This document shows, one piece after another, positions 34,942 through 44,469 of a DNA stretch of 52,808 nucleotides (the first letter of the stretch is position 1; each line of letters starts with the position of its first letter). This DNA is from Polyangia bacterium (GTDB lineage Bacteria; Myxococcota_A; Polyangia; Fen-1088). The translations under genes and the position numbers were made by a program. The notes under the pieces were generated by a model. It was not told the DNA's origin and ran no database searches. It saw only the letters and a program-made list of their open reading frames with translations. Where the stretch lies: NCBI GenBank assembly GCA_035544495.1, contig DATKEU010000418.1, forward strand, positions 1-52,808. Reading direction: 5' to 3'.

Positions 34942-36141
34942 TCAGCGCTTGCTCCACGGGGGCGTCGGATACAGGGCCTTGCCCAGCGTCTTTCCGCCCG
35001 CGTAGAGCGGCACCAGCCGCCCGTTCTGGATCTGGATCAGCGTCTGCGGCAGCTCGATCTGGCCGCCCGGGTTGAACTTGATCCGCCCGTACAGCGTCGG
35101 CGCGTCCAGGGCCGCCAGCGCGTCGCGCACCTTCTTCGGATCCAGCGTGCCGGCCTTCTCGATGGCGATCTTGTAGGCCAGCACGTCGGCCACGCCGGAG
35201 GCGACGTGATAGTCGGGCTCGTAGCCGAAGCGATCCTGAAACTGCCGCGCGAACTTGGGCGCCGAGCCAAACACGGCGTCGGGCAGATCCATGTCGGGCA
35301 GCCAGGTGGTGATGCCATAGACGTACTCGGCGGCCTTGCCCAGCGTCTTGCGGAAGTCACCGGTGGGCGGGCCGACGGTGAAGGCCGCCATCCGCGGGTT
35401 GACGTCGGCCGCTTGCGACTGGCGGATGAACGCCAGCGAGTTCTCCTCGTGACCGGCCACCAGCACCAGGTCCGGGTTCTTGCTCTTGATGACGGTGAGG
35501 ATCGAGCTGAAGTCCTGGTTGGCGGGCTGGTACTCCTCGTCGTAGACGAGCTCGATCCTCGCCTGCTGAAGCCATCTGCGCGTCCCCTTGGCCACCGCCT
35601 TGTCGAACGCCTCGTTCGAGAACAGCAGCGCGGCGGTGCGCACGGGGGGCGTGCTCTTGGCGGCCAGCTCGACGGCGGGCTGGAAGTACAGCTCGGCGTT
35701 GGCCAGCGTGCCGAAGATGTACTTGTAACCGTGGTCGAAGATGTTGCCGGCGGCGCCGCCCCCTTCGACCATCGGGACCTCGTACTTCTCCGCGACCGCG
35801 CTGGCGGCGATGGCGATGCCGCTGGTGTACGGCCCCAGCAAGAAATTCACCTTGTCGGACGTGACCAGCTTGGTGCAGAGGCGCGCCGCCAGGGCCGGAT
35901 CGCTCTGATCGTCGTAGAGCTTGAGGTCCAGCTTGCGGCTCTTGCCGCCCACCTTCACGCCGCCCGCCTTGTTCACGGCGTCGACGCCGATGGTGTACGC
36001 GTCGACGTAGAACTTTCCTTCGCGGGCGTATTTCCCGGATTGCGAGATGGCCGCGCCCAGCACGATGACGTCGTCGGCGGCGAACGCCGATCCCGTCGCC
36101 ACGCCCGCCGCCAGCCACGCCGCCATGAGGATCTGTTTCAT
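34942..36141 (-). CDS. Periplasmic substrate-binding protein of the Leu/Ile/Val-binding (Peripla_BP_6) family
   Basis: ATG 36141 has GGAGAAGG 2 nt upstream. Signal 'MKQILMAAWLAAGVATGSAFA'. 'VIVLGAAISQSGKYA' and the overall layout are typical of this family. It is the first gene of the liv-like operon. Ligand specificity cannot be read from the sequence. Confidence 0.8.
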   Translation of the reverse strand: MKQILMAAWLAAGVATGSAFAADDVIVLGAAISQSGKYAREGKFYVDAYTIGVDAVNKAGGVKVGGKSRKLDLKLYDDQSDPALAARLCTKLVTSDKVNFLLGPYTSGIAIAASAVAEKYEVPMVEGGGAAGNIFDHGYKYIFGTLANAELYFQPAVELAAKSTPPVRTAALLFSNEAFDKAVAKGTRRWLQQARIELVYDEEYQPANQDFSSILTVIKSKNPDLVLVAGHEENSLAFIRQSQAADVNPRMAAFTVGPPTGDFRKTLGKAAEYVYGITTWLPDMDLPDAVFGSAPKFARQFQDRFGYEPDYHVASGVADVLAYKIAIEKAGTLDPKKVRDALAALDAPTLYGRIKFNPGGQIELPQTLIQIQNGRLVPLYAGGKTLGKALYPTPPWSKR

Positions 36142-36160
36142 GACCTTCTCCGTCGGTGTG

Positions 36161-36281
36161 AAAGTGAGCTGACCAGGCTTTCGTCTCTTTTACAATGATA
36201 GCCGGACCGGCGGCGGGCCGAAAGCGCGAGCATCCAGGCAGCTGGCTGGACGGCGCGAACCGCCCGCGGCGAGCTCACTTT
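36161..36281. repeat. 10-nt inverted repeat pair upstream of the liv-like operon
   Basis: 'aaagtgagct' (36161-36170) and 'agctcacttt' (36272-36281) are exact reverse complements 101 nt apart. They flank the lower-GC stretch 'tcttttacaatgatag'. Confidence 0.75.
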
Positions 36282-36604
36282 TGCAGCGTCCGCGAAGCCC
36301 GGCCGCGCCGGAGAAGCGCGACGCGGGCGCGAACGAGAGGCGCTGGAAGAAGAAGAGATTCGTGAAGAGCGCGATCAGCGCCAGCGCGGCGCTCAGCCGG
36401 CCCTGCGCGGCGGCCGGCGCCCGGGAGAGGAGCGCGCGCCCGGCCGGGGTCAGCGACACCTCGACGCGGGACAAGCCCCCGCGACGGCGGGGGCGCTGGA
36501 CGCGCGTCGGCCCGGGGCCGGCGCTATACTTCGGCCCGGTGGCTGGCGGAGCAACTCGATCCCGGTTCTGTCGATCCTGGTGGCCGCGATCGCTTTCGCG
36601 CCGG

Positions 36605-36838
36605 GTGCTCGGCGCCGCGCTGGCCGCGGCGGCGCTGCTGCTGGCGAGCGAGACCGGCTGCGGGGACGGATCCTTCGACTGCTGCGAGTGCACGTTCATG
36701 GGCCCGGATTGCTCCGGTCACTTCGGCCCGCAGATGTTCCCGAACGGCATCACCCGCAGCGCCTGCGCCATGGTCTGCGCCAGCCAGAGCACCTGCCCCG
36801 TCGCTGAGGTCTCAGTCAGCAACGGGTGCCTGGACTGA
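36605..36838 (+). CDS. Small secreted Cys-rich protein (about 77 aa precursor; 9 Cys in a ~58-aa mature part)
   Basis: Third-position GC is very high, and from about 36700 to 36838 this is the only open frame. The sequence is 'VLGAALAAAALLLASETGCGDGSFDCCECTFMGPDCSGHFGPQMFPNGITRSACAMVCASQSTCPVAEVSVSNGCLD'. The start is uncertain: GTG 36605, or GTG 36539, which would add 'AGGATRSRFCRSWWPRSLSRR' (a possible Tat-like SRR). The last 27 nt overlap the convergent mdtC-like gene. Confidence 0.45.
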   Translation: MLGAALAAAALLLASETGCGDGSFDCCECTFMGPDCSGHFGPQMFPNGITRSACAMVCASQSTCPVAEVSVSNGCLD

Positions 36839-39800
36839 CCGCGCCAGGACCGGCTCGCCGCGCCGCTGCCCCCGCTCATGCTGCCCGCGGTGGCGCGGGC
36901 GCAGGCGATCCAGGAACAGGTAGATGACCGGCGTCGTGAACAGGTTGAGCAGCTGAGAGACCGCCAGTCCGCCCACGATGGCGATGCCGAGCGGGCGGCG
37001 CAGCTCGGAGCCGGCGCCGAGGCCGACGGCGAGCGGGATGGCGCCGAAGAGCGCCGCCAGCGTGGTCATCAAGATGGGGCGGAAGCGCAGCAGGCAGGCG
37101 CGGTGGATCGCCTCCTTGGGGTCGAGGCCCTCGGCGCGCTCGGCCTCCAGCGCGAAGTCGATCATCATGATGGCGTTCTTCTTGACGATGCCGAGCAGCA
37201 GGATGACGCCGATGAGGGCGATGATGCTGAAGTCCAGGCCCGTGATCAGCAGCGCCAGCAACGCCCCGACGGCGGCCGACGGCAGCGTGGAGAGGATGGT
37301 GATCGGGTGGATCAGGCTCTCGTACAAGATCCCCAGCACGATGTAGACGCAGATCAGCGCCGCCAGGATCAGCCAGGGCTCGCTGGCCAGCGACGAGCTG
37401 AAGGCCTGGGCCGTCCCCTGAAAACCGGCGTTGATGCTGGCCGGCATGCCGATCTGGGCCTCGATGCGCTGGATGGCCGGCAGCGCCTGCGACAGCGCCA
37501 CGCCGGGCGCCAGATTGAAAGACAGCGTGACCGAAGGGAACTGCCCCTGGTGCGTGATCCCGAGCGGCATCAGGCCGGTGCCGAAGCTGGCCACCGACGA
37601 CAGCGGCACCACCGCGCCGCTGGCCGCGCGCACGTAGATGCGCGAGAGCTGGTCGGGGCCGCGCTGGTAGTCGGGCGTCGCCTCCAGCACCACGCGGTAA
37701 TAGTTCTGCGCCGTGAACGACGTCGCCACCTGGCGCTGGCCATAGGCGTCGTAGAGCGCGTCGTCGATGTTCTGCGGCGTGATCCCCAGGCGCGCGGAGC
37801 TGTCGCGGTCGATGTTCACCTGCAGCTCGAGTCCCGCGGTCTGCTGGTCGGTGTTCACGTCGCGCAGCATGGGCAGCTTGCGCAGGGCCTCTAGCACGCG
37901 CGGCGCCCAGGTGCGCAGCTCGTCCAGGTTCGCGTCCTGCAGCGTGTACTGGTACTGCGTGCGCGAGCCGCGGCCGCCGACGCGCATGTCCTGCACCGAC
38001 TGCAGAAACAGGGTGATGCCCGGGATGCGCGCCAGCTTGGGGCGCAGGCGGGCGATGATCTGGTCGGCGGTCGCCTTGCGCTGGCTGTAAGGTTTCAGCG
38101 TGACGAAGACCGTGCCGGTGTTGCCCGAGTTCTGCCCACCGCCCACGAAGCAGACGACGTGGTCCACGTCGGGATCCGCCAGCACGGCGGCGTTCACCTT
38201 CTCTTGCAGGCCGCGCATCGCCGCCGACGAGATGTCCTGTGACGCCTCGGAGAATCCGGAGATGAGGCCGGTGTCCTGCTGCGGGAACAGCCCCTTGGGG
38301 ACGATCGCCGCCAGATAGACCGTCACGCCGACGGTGGCGACGGTCAGGACCAGCATCAGCACCGCGTGGTCGAGCACCCAGGTGATGCCACGATCGTACG
38401 CGCGCGCCATGGCGGCGAACATCCGCTCGGAGCCGCGGTGAAACCGGCCGGGCGGCGCCTCGGCCGCCGGGCGCAGCAGATAGGCTGTCATCGTCGGCGT
38501 CACGGTCAGCGACACCACCGCGGACAGCGCGATGGCGATGCTCAGCGTGACCGCGAACTCGCGGAACAGCCGCCCGACGATCCCGCCCATGAAAAGGATG
38601 GGGATGAACACCGCGATCAGCGAGACGGTGATCGACACGATGGTGAAGCCGATCTGGCGCGCGCCCGCCAGGGCCGCTCGAAAAGGCGGCGTCCCCGATT
38701 CGATCAGGCGGGCGATGTTCTCGGTGACGACGATGGCGTCGTCGACCACGAAGCCGGTCGAGATGGTGAGCGCCATCAGCGACAGGTTGTCGACGCTGTA
38801 GCCGCACAGGTACATGAGGCCGAACGTCCCCACCAGCGACAGCGGCACGGCCACGCTGGGGATGACGGTGGCGCGCGCGCTGCGCAGGAACACGAAGACA
38901 ACGATCGTCACCAGCACGACGCTGAGGAGCAGCGTCAGCTCGACGTCGCGCACGGAGGCGCGGATGGTCTCCGTGCGGTCCATGCCCACCGTGACCTCGA
39001 TGGCGGGCGAGATCGAATCCTTGAGGCGCGGCAGCTCGGTCTTGATCCGATCGATCGTCTCGAGGATGTTCGCCCCCGGCTCGCGCCGGATGATCATCAG
39101 CACCGACCGCTTGCCGTCGATCCAGGCGGCCAGGCGGTTGTTCTCGACGTCGTCGAAGACGCGCGCCACGTCGCCCAGGCGCACGCCGGCGCCGTTCACG
39201 TAGCCGATGACCAGCTGGCGGTAGGCGTCGGCGCCGATCAGCTGGTCGTTGGCGGCCACGGTGTACGACGCGCGCGGGCCGCTGATCATCCCCTTCGGCT
39301 GGTTGGCGGTCGACGCCGCCAGCGCGGCGCGCACGTCGGCGCTGGACAGGCCCATTCCGGCCAGCGCCTCGCCGTCGACCTGCACGCGCACCGCCGGCTG
39401 CTGGCCGCCGCCGACGAACACCTGCCCCACCCCGTTTATCTGCGACATCTTCTGAGCCAAGATGCTGTTGGCGGCGTCGAAGACCTGGGCCAGCGGCACG
39501 GTGTCCGACCGCAAGGACAGGATCAGGACCGGCGAGTCGGCCGGGTTGACCTTGCGGAAGTTCGGGCGCGTCGGCAGGTTGGGCGGCAGCTCGCCGCCGG
39601 CGGCGTTGATGGCCGCCTGCACGTCGCGCGCGGCGGCGTCGACGTCGCGGTCGAGATCGAACTGCAGCGTGATGCTGGTCGATCCGAGCGCGCTGGTCGA
39701 CGTCATCTCGGTCAGCCCGGCGATGCGGCCGAATCGCCGCTCGAGCGGCGTCGCCACCGACGAGGACATGGTGTCGGGGCTGGCGCCGGGGAGGCTGGCG

Positions 39801-39994
39801 TTCACCGAGATGGTGGGAAAGTCCACGCGCGGCAGCGGCGCCACGGGCAGCTGGAAGAACGCCGCCATCCCCGAGAGCAGGACGGCCGCCGCCAGCAGCG
39901 ACGTCGCCACCGGGCGGCGGATGAACGGCGCCGAAATCCCGGAGGCGCGCTCGCCACCGCCACCGTCGGCGTCGCCGCCGCCGGCCGCGGTCAT
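36812..39994 (-). CDS. mdtC: RND multidrug efflux transporter, MdtC-like
   Basis: ORF 36812..41665 is trimmed to ATG 39994, which overlaps the mdtB-like stop as ATGA (39991-39994). The N-terminus 'FIRRPVATSLLAAAVLLSGMAAFFQLPVAPLPRVDFPTISVNASLPGASPDTMSSSVATPLERRFGRIAG' closely parallels E. coli MdtC. Confidence 0.85.
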   Translation of the reverse strand: MTAAGGGDADGGGGERASGISAPFIRRPVATSLLAAAVLLSGMAAFFQLPVAPLPRVDFPTISVNASLPGASPDTMSSSVATPLERRFGRIAGLTEMTSTSALGSTSITLQFDLDRDVDAAARDVQAAINAAGGELPPNLPTRPNFRKVNPADSPVLILSLRSDTVPLAQVFDAANSILAQKMSQINGVGQVFVGGGQQPAVRVQVDGEALAGMGLSSADVRAALAASTANQPKGMISGPRASYTVAANDQLIGADAYRQLVIGYVNGAGVRLGDVARVFDDVENNRLAAWIDGKRSVLMIIRREPGANILETIDRIKTELPRLKDSISPAIEVTVGMDRTETIRASVRDVELTLLLSVVLVTIVVFVFLRSARATVIPSVAVPLSLVGTFGLMYLCGYSVDNLSLMALTISTGFVVDDAIVVTENIARLIESGTPPFRAALAGARQIGFTIVSITVSLIAVFIPILFMGGIVGRLFREFAVTLSIAIALSAVVSLTVTPTMTAYLLRPAAEAPPGRFHRGSERMFAAMARAYDRGITWVLDHAVLMLVLTVATVGVTVYLAAIVPKGLFPQQDTGLISGFSEASQDISSAAMRGLQEKVNAAVLADPDVDHVVCFVGGGQNSGNTGTVFVTLKPYSQRKATADQIIARLRPKLARIPGITLFLQSVQDMRVGGRGSRTQYQYTLQDANLDELRTWAPRVLEALRKLPMLRDVNTDQQTAGLELQVNIDRDSSARLGITPQNIDDALYDAYGQRQVATSFTAQNYYRVVLEATPDYQRGPDQLSRIYVRAASGAVVPLSSVASFGTGLMPLGITHQGQFPSVTLSFNLAPGVALSQALPAIQRIEAQIGMPASINAGFQGTAQAFSSSLASEPWLILAALICVYIVLGILYESLIHPITILSTLPSAAVGALLALLITGLDFSIIALIGVILLLGIVKKNAIMMIDFALEAERAEGLDPKEAIHRACLLRFRPILMTTLAALFGAIPLAVGLGAGSELRRPLGIAIVGGLAVSQLLNLFTTPVIYLFLDRLRPRHRGQHERGQRRGEPVLARSVQAPVAD

Positions 39995-42900
39995 TCCGCC
40001 CCCTCGGAGCGCGCCGGCGCGGCGGCGGTCGCGACGCGCCGGCCGCGCCCGCGCACCCAGGCCGCGGCGCGCGTCATGTAGAGGTAGATCACCGGCGTCG
40101 TGAACAGCGTCAGCACCTGCGACAGCAGCAGGCCCCCGACGATGGTGATCCCCAGCGGGCGCCGCAGCTCCGACCCGATGCCCCGCCCCAGCGCCAGCGG
40201 CAGCCCCCCCAGCAGCGCCGCCGCCGTCGTCATCATGATGGGCCGAAAGCGCAGCAGGCAGGCCTGGTGGATCGCCTCGCGCGGCGACTTCTTCTGGTCG
40301 CGCTCCGCCTCCAGGGCGAAGTCGATCATCATGATGGCGTTCTTCTTGACGATGCCGATGAGCAGGATGATCCCGATGAGGGCGATGATGCTGAACTCCT
40401 CGCCGGTGAGGAGCAGCGCCAGGAACGCCCCCACGCCCGCCGACGGCAGCGTGCTGAGGATCGTCACCGGGTGGATGTAGCTCTCGTACAAGACGCCGAG
40501 CACGATGTAGACGGTGATGAGCGCGGCCAGGATCAAGAGCGGCTCGCTGGTCAGCGAGTCGCTGAACGCGCGCGCCGCGCCCTGGAAATCCCCGTGCAGG
40601 CCGGCCGGCGCGCCCAGGGCCGCGAACTCCGCCTCCACCGCCTTGACCGCGTGCCCCAGCGAGGCGCCGCCCGTCAGGTTGAACGACAGCGTGACGGCGG
40701 GGAACTGCCCCTCGTGGGCGATCGACAGCGCCACCTCGCGCCGTTCGAAGTGGGCGAACGACGACAGCGGCACGGCGCCGCCGGTCTGCGACCGCACGTA
40801 GACCTGATCCAGCGCTTGCGGGTTCTGCTGGTACGCCGGAGCGACCTCCAGGATCACGCGATAGAGGTTGAGCTGCGTGAAGATGGTGGTCACCGGCCGC
40901 TGCCCGAAGGCGTCGTACAGCGTGTCGTCGATGACCTGCGCCGTGACGCCCAGGCGCGAGGCGGTGTCGCGATCGACCACCAGCGACAGCTGCAGCCCGC
41001 CCGACTGCTGATCGCTGGCCACGTCGGTCAGCTCGGAGCGCGCGCGCAGCCGTTCCAGCAGGCGCGGCGCCCAGACGGCCAGCTCGGCCGGGTCGGCGTC
41101 CTCCAGCGTGTACTGGTACTGCGTGCGGCTGGTCCGCGTCTCGATCTGCAGATCTTGCACCGCCTGCAGGTAGACGTCGACGCCCGGAACGTCGCCCAGG
41201 TTGGCGCCGAGGCGCCGGATGATCTCGGCCGCGCTGCTCTGGCGATCGCCGCGCGGCTTCAAGCTGATCGACAGCCGCCCGCTGTTCAGCGTGGGGTTCG
41301 TGCCGTCGGCGCCGATGAACGACGCCACCGTCGCCACGTCGGGATCGGCGCGCACCACGTCGGCAACCGCGCGCTGGCGCTCGCTCATGGCGGTGAACGA
41401 CACGTCCGGCGGCGCCTCGGTCACCCCCAGCAGAAGGCCCGTGTCCTGCTGCGGAAACAGCCCCTTTGGGACGACGAAGGCCAGCAGCACCGTCAGCAGC
41501 ACCGTCGCCCCGGTGGCGGCCAGCGTGGTCGACTGATGATCCAGCACCCAGCCGAGACCGCGGTCGTACCACTCCACCGCCCGCTGCCACACGCGCTCGG
41601 AGGCCCGCGCCACCACGTTCGGGCGCTCGGCTTTCGCCGCGCGCGGTTTCAAGATGTGCGCGCACATCATCGCCGTCAGCGTCAGCGAGACGAACGCCGA
41701 CGCCACGATGGCCGTGCTCAGCGTGACCGCGAACTCGCGGAACAGCCGCCCGATGATCCCGCCCATGAACAGCAGCGGGATCAGCACCGCCACCAGCGAC
41801 ACCGTCAGCGACATGATCGTGAACCCAATCTCCTTCGCGCCCTCCAGCGCGGCGTCGAAGGGCTTCTTTCCCTCCTCGATGTGGCGGGCGATGTTCTCGA
41901 TCATCACGATGGCGTCGTCGACCACGAACCCGGTCGAGATGGTCAGCGCCATCAGCGTCAGGTTGTTCAGGCTGTAACCGGCCAGCAGCATCACGCCGAA
42001 CGTCGCCACCAGCGACAGCGGCACCGCCACGCCGGGGATGATGGTGGCGCGCACGCTGTGCAGAAACAGGTAGATCACCGCCACCACCAGCGCGATGGTC
42101 AGCACCAGCGTGAACTTGACGTCGTCCACCGACGCGCGGACGGTCTCTGTCCGATCGCTGAGGACGCGCACGTCGATCCCGCGCGGCAGCGACGCCGCCA
42201 GCTGGGGAATCAGCGCCTTGACCCGCTCGGCCACCTCGATCAGGTTCGCGCCCGGCTGGCGCTGCACATTGATGATCACCGCCCGGTGCGCGCCCGCCCA
42301 GCCGGCCAGCTCGGAGTTCTCGACGCCGTCCAGCACCTTGGCCACGTCGCCCAGGCGCACCGGCGCGCCGTTGTTGTAGGCGACGATCAGCGGCGCGTAT
42401 CCCTTGGCGTCGGTCAGCTGATCGTTCGCCGCCACCGTGTAGTTCTGTCGCGGCCCGTCCAGGTTCCCCTTCGGCTGGTTGACGTTGGCCGCCGCCAGCG
42501 TGGCCCGCACGTCCTCCAGCGTGAGGCCCCGCCCGGCCAGCGCCACCGGATCCACCTGCACGCGCACCGCCGGCCGCTGCCCGCCGTTCAACGTCACCAG
42601 CCCGACGCCCGACACCTGCGACAGCTTCTGCGCCAGGATCGAATCGGCGTAGTCGTCGACCTGCGACAGCGGCACGGTGTCCGAGCTGACGGAGAAGGCG
42701 ATCACCGGCACGTCGGCGGGGTTGCTCTTGCTGTACGTCGGCGGCGTGGGCAGCGTGCGCGGCAAGAGGTTCGACGCCGCGTTGATCGCCGCCTGCACGT
42801 CCTGCTCGGCGGCGTCGATGCTGCGGTCCAGGTTGAACTGCAGCGTGATCTGCGAGCTGGCGGCGCTGGAGACCGACGTCAGCTGCGCCAGCGACGGGAT

Positions 42901-43119
42901 CTGCCCCAGCTGCCGCTCGAGCGGCGTGGTCACCGCCGACACCATCGTCTCGGCGCTGGCCCCCGGCAGCAGCGTCGAGACGACGATGGTCGGGTAATCG
43001 ACCTGCGGCAGCGCCGACACCGGCAGCTGCCGGTAGCCGACCAACCCGGCGATGGCCACGCCCACCATCAGCAGCGCCGTTCCCACCGGGCGGCGGATGA
43101 AGGGGCCGGAGATGCTCAT
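39991..43119 (-). CDS. mdtB: RND multidrug efflux transporter, MdtB-like
   Basis: 'FIRRPVGTALLMVGVAIAGLVGYRQLPVSALPQVDYPTIVVSTLLPGASAETMVSAVTTPLERQLGQIP' closely parallels E. coli MdtB. It is 1042 aa long and has the 12-TM RND layout. Confidence 0.9.
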   Translation of the reverse strand: MSISGPFIRRPVGTALLMVGVAIAGLVGYRQLPVSALPQVDYPTIVVSTLLPGASAETMVSAVTTPLERQLGQIPSLAQLTSVSSAASSQITLQFNLDRSIDAAEQDVQAAINAASNLLPRTLPTPPTYSKSNPADVPVIAFSVSSDTVPLSQVDDYADSILAQKLSQVSGVGLVTLNGGQRPAVRVQVDPVALAGRGLTLEDVRATLAAANVNQPKGNLDGPRQNYTVAANDQLTDAKGYAPLIVAYNNGAPVRLGDVAKVLDGVENSELAGWAGAHRAVIINVQRQPGANLIEVAERVKALIPQLAASLPRGIDVRVLSDRTETVRASVDDVKFTLVLTIALVVAVIYLFLHSVRATIIPGVAVPLSLVATFGVMLLAGYSLNNLTLMALTISTGFVVDDAIVMIENIARHIEEGKKPFDAALEGAKEIGFTIMSLTVSLVAVLIPLLFMGGIIGRLFREFAVTLSTAIVASAFVSLTLTAMMCAHILKPRAAKAERPNVVARASERVWQRAVEWYDRGLGWVLDHQSTTLAATGATVLLTVLLAFVVPKGLFPQQDTGLLLGVTEAPPDVSFTAMSERQRAVADVVRADPDVATVASFIGADGTNPTLNSGRLSISLKPRGDRQSSAAEIIRRLGANLGDVPGVDVYLQAVQDLQIETRTSRTQYQYTLEDADPAELAVWAPRLLERLRARSELTDVASDQQSGGLQLSLVVDRDTASRLGVTAQVIDDTLYDAFGQRPVTTIFTQLNLYRVILEVAPAYQQNPQALDQVYVRSQTGGAVPLSSFAHFERREVALSIAHEGQFPAVTLSFNLTGGASLGHAVKAVEAEFAALGAPAGLHGDFQGAARAFSDSLTSEPLLILAALITVYIVLGVLYESYIHPVTILSTLPSAGVGAFLALLLTGEEFSIIALIGIILLIGIVKKNAIMMIDFALEAERDQKKSPREAIHQACLLRFRPIMMTTAAALLGGLPLALGRGIGSELRRPLGITIVGGLLLSQVLTLFTTPVIYLYMTRAAAWVRGRGRRVATAAAPARSEGAE

Positions 43120-43170
43120 GACGTCATCGCCTCACGGCTCACGGCCTCGAAGCCTGATGACCCGATGCCC

Positions 43171-44469
43171 TCACGGCTTCCCGGAGGCCGGCGCCCGCAT
43201 CGCCACGCGCGCGCCCGGCCGCAGCTGGTTCTGGCCCTCGATCACCACCGCTTCGCCCGGTTGCACGCCCTTGGCCAGCAGCGCATCGTCGCCCTGCAGG
43301 ACGTCGATGGTGATCGGCCGAACGGCGGCCTTCTCGTCGCTGCCCACGACGTAGACGAACGTCCCCTGCGGCCCGCGCTGCACCGCCACCGCCGGGATCA
43401 CCAGCACCCCCTTGCGCATCGCCAGCCGAAGGCGCGCCTTGACGAATTGATTCGGCCACAGGGCATACTGCGGCTTCGGTGGATTGGGGAAGATCGCCTT
43501 CAGACGGATGGTCGCCGTGGTCTGGTTGATCTGGTTGTCGACGACCTCCAGCTTACCGGTGCCGAGCGGCTGGTTGCCGTCGCGGCTGAGCGCGTCCACC
43601 ACCAGCGCGCCGCCCGCCTGCGCGCGCGCCACGCGCGGCAGGTCGTCCTCCGACAGCGTGAAGATCACGGCGATCGGATCCAGCTGGGTGACGACGACGA
43701 TGCCGTTCGCGTCGGAGGCGTGCACCACGTTGCCCGGGTCGACCTGGCGCACGCCGGTGACGCCGTCGATGGGCGACTTGATGCGCGCGTAATCCAGCTG
43801 TAGGCGCGCGCTCTCGATCTGCGCCTGGTCGGACTGCACGGAGCCCTGCAGCTGCTCGACCATGGCGCGCTGATCGTCGACTTGCTGCTGCGGGATCAGC
43901 TGCTGGGTGACGACGTCTTGATAGCGCACCAGGTTGCGCTGAGCGCCGTGCAACTGCGCCTGATCGCGGGCCAGCGCCGCCTGCGCCTGGTGCAGCTGGA
44001 TCTGGAACGGGCGCGGATCGATCTCTGCCAGCAGCTCGCCGGTCTTGACGGTCTGGCCCTCGCGGAAATCGACGCGAATCAGGCGCCCGTCGACCTGCGG
44101 GTGCACGTTGACCGTCTTGTACGCCGTGACGCTGCCCAGCCCCTCCAGCGTGATCGGCACGTCGCGCGCCGCCGCCGTCGCCGTCAGCACCGGCACCGGA
44201 CGATCCGCCGCGTTGCCGCCGCCGCTGCCCCGCGCGCCGGCGCGCGCGCCGGCGCCCTCTGCGCTGGACGCCGCCTGGCCCCCTGGCTGCGCGTGCGCGC
44301 CGAAGCGCGCCCGTATCAGCAGAACCGCGACGATCGCCGCCGCCACGCCGGCGGCCACCCACCACCAGCGGCGCGTCGCCGGCGCTCGGGCTTCGGCCGG
44401 GTGGATCTCCTCGCGCGGGGGCTCGGGAACCCTCGCCTGCTTCACGCTCGATCGATCTGGCGGGCTCAT
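43171..44469 (-). CDS. mdtA: RND periplasmic adaptor (membrane fusion protein), MdtA-like
   Basis: The ATG overlaps the OMF stop as ATGA (44466-44469). 'VDGRLIRVDFREGQTVKTGELLAEIDPRPFQIQLHQAQAALARDQAQL' and 'ARIKSPIDGVTGVRQVDPGNVV' parallel E. coli MdtA. Confidence 0.85.
   Translation of the reverse strand: MSPPDRSSVKQARVPEPPREEIHPAEARAPATRRWWWVAAGVAAAIVAVLLIRARFGAHAQPGGQAASSAEGAGARAGARGSGGGNAADRPVPVLTATAAARDVPITLEGLGSVTAYKTVNVHPQVDGRLIRVDFREGQTVKTGELLAEIDPRPFQIQLHQAQAALARDQAQLHGAQRNLVRYQDVVTQQLIPQQQVDDQRAMVEQLQGSVQSDQAQIESARLQLDYARIKSPIDGVTGVRQVDPGNVVHASDANGIVVVTQLDPIAVIFTLSEDDLPRVARAQAGGALVVDALSRDGNQPLGTGKLEVVDNQINQTTATIRLKAIFPNPPKPQYALWPNQFVKARLRLAMRKGVLVIPAVAVQRGPQGTFVYVVGSDEKAAVRPITIDVLQGDDALLAKGVQPGEAVVIEGQNQLRPGARVAMRAPASGKP

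Noticed and set aside
36812-41665. A 1617-aa ORF suggesting a giant RND fusion protein.
   Set aside because: The first ~557 residues are an out-of-frame read-through of the mdtB-like gene and are Arg/Gly-rich with no RND motifs. The real MdtC-like protein starts at ATG 39994, overlapping the mdtB-like stop as ATGA.
43131-43177. Three copies of CTCACGG (CCGTGAG on the coding strand). Two are in tandem in the mdtA-mdtB gap and one covers the mdtA stop. This creates a second in-frame TGA 12 codons downstream.
   Set aside because: The 7-mers are short and GC-rich and are plausibly chance. One copy probably just supplies the GAGG ribosome-binding site of mdtB. There is no evidence for read-through.
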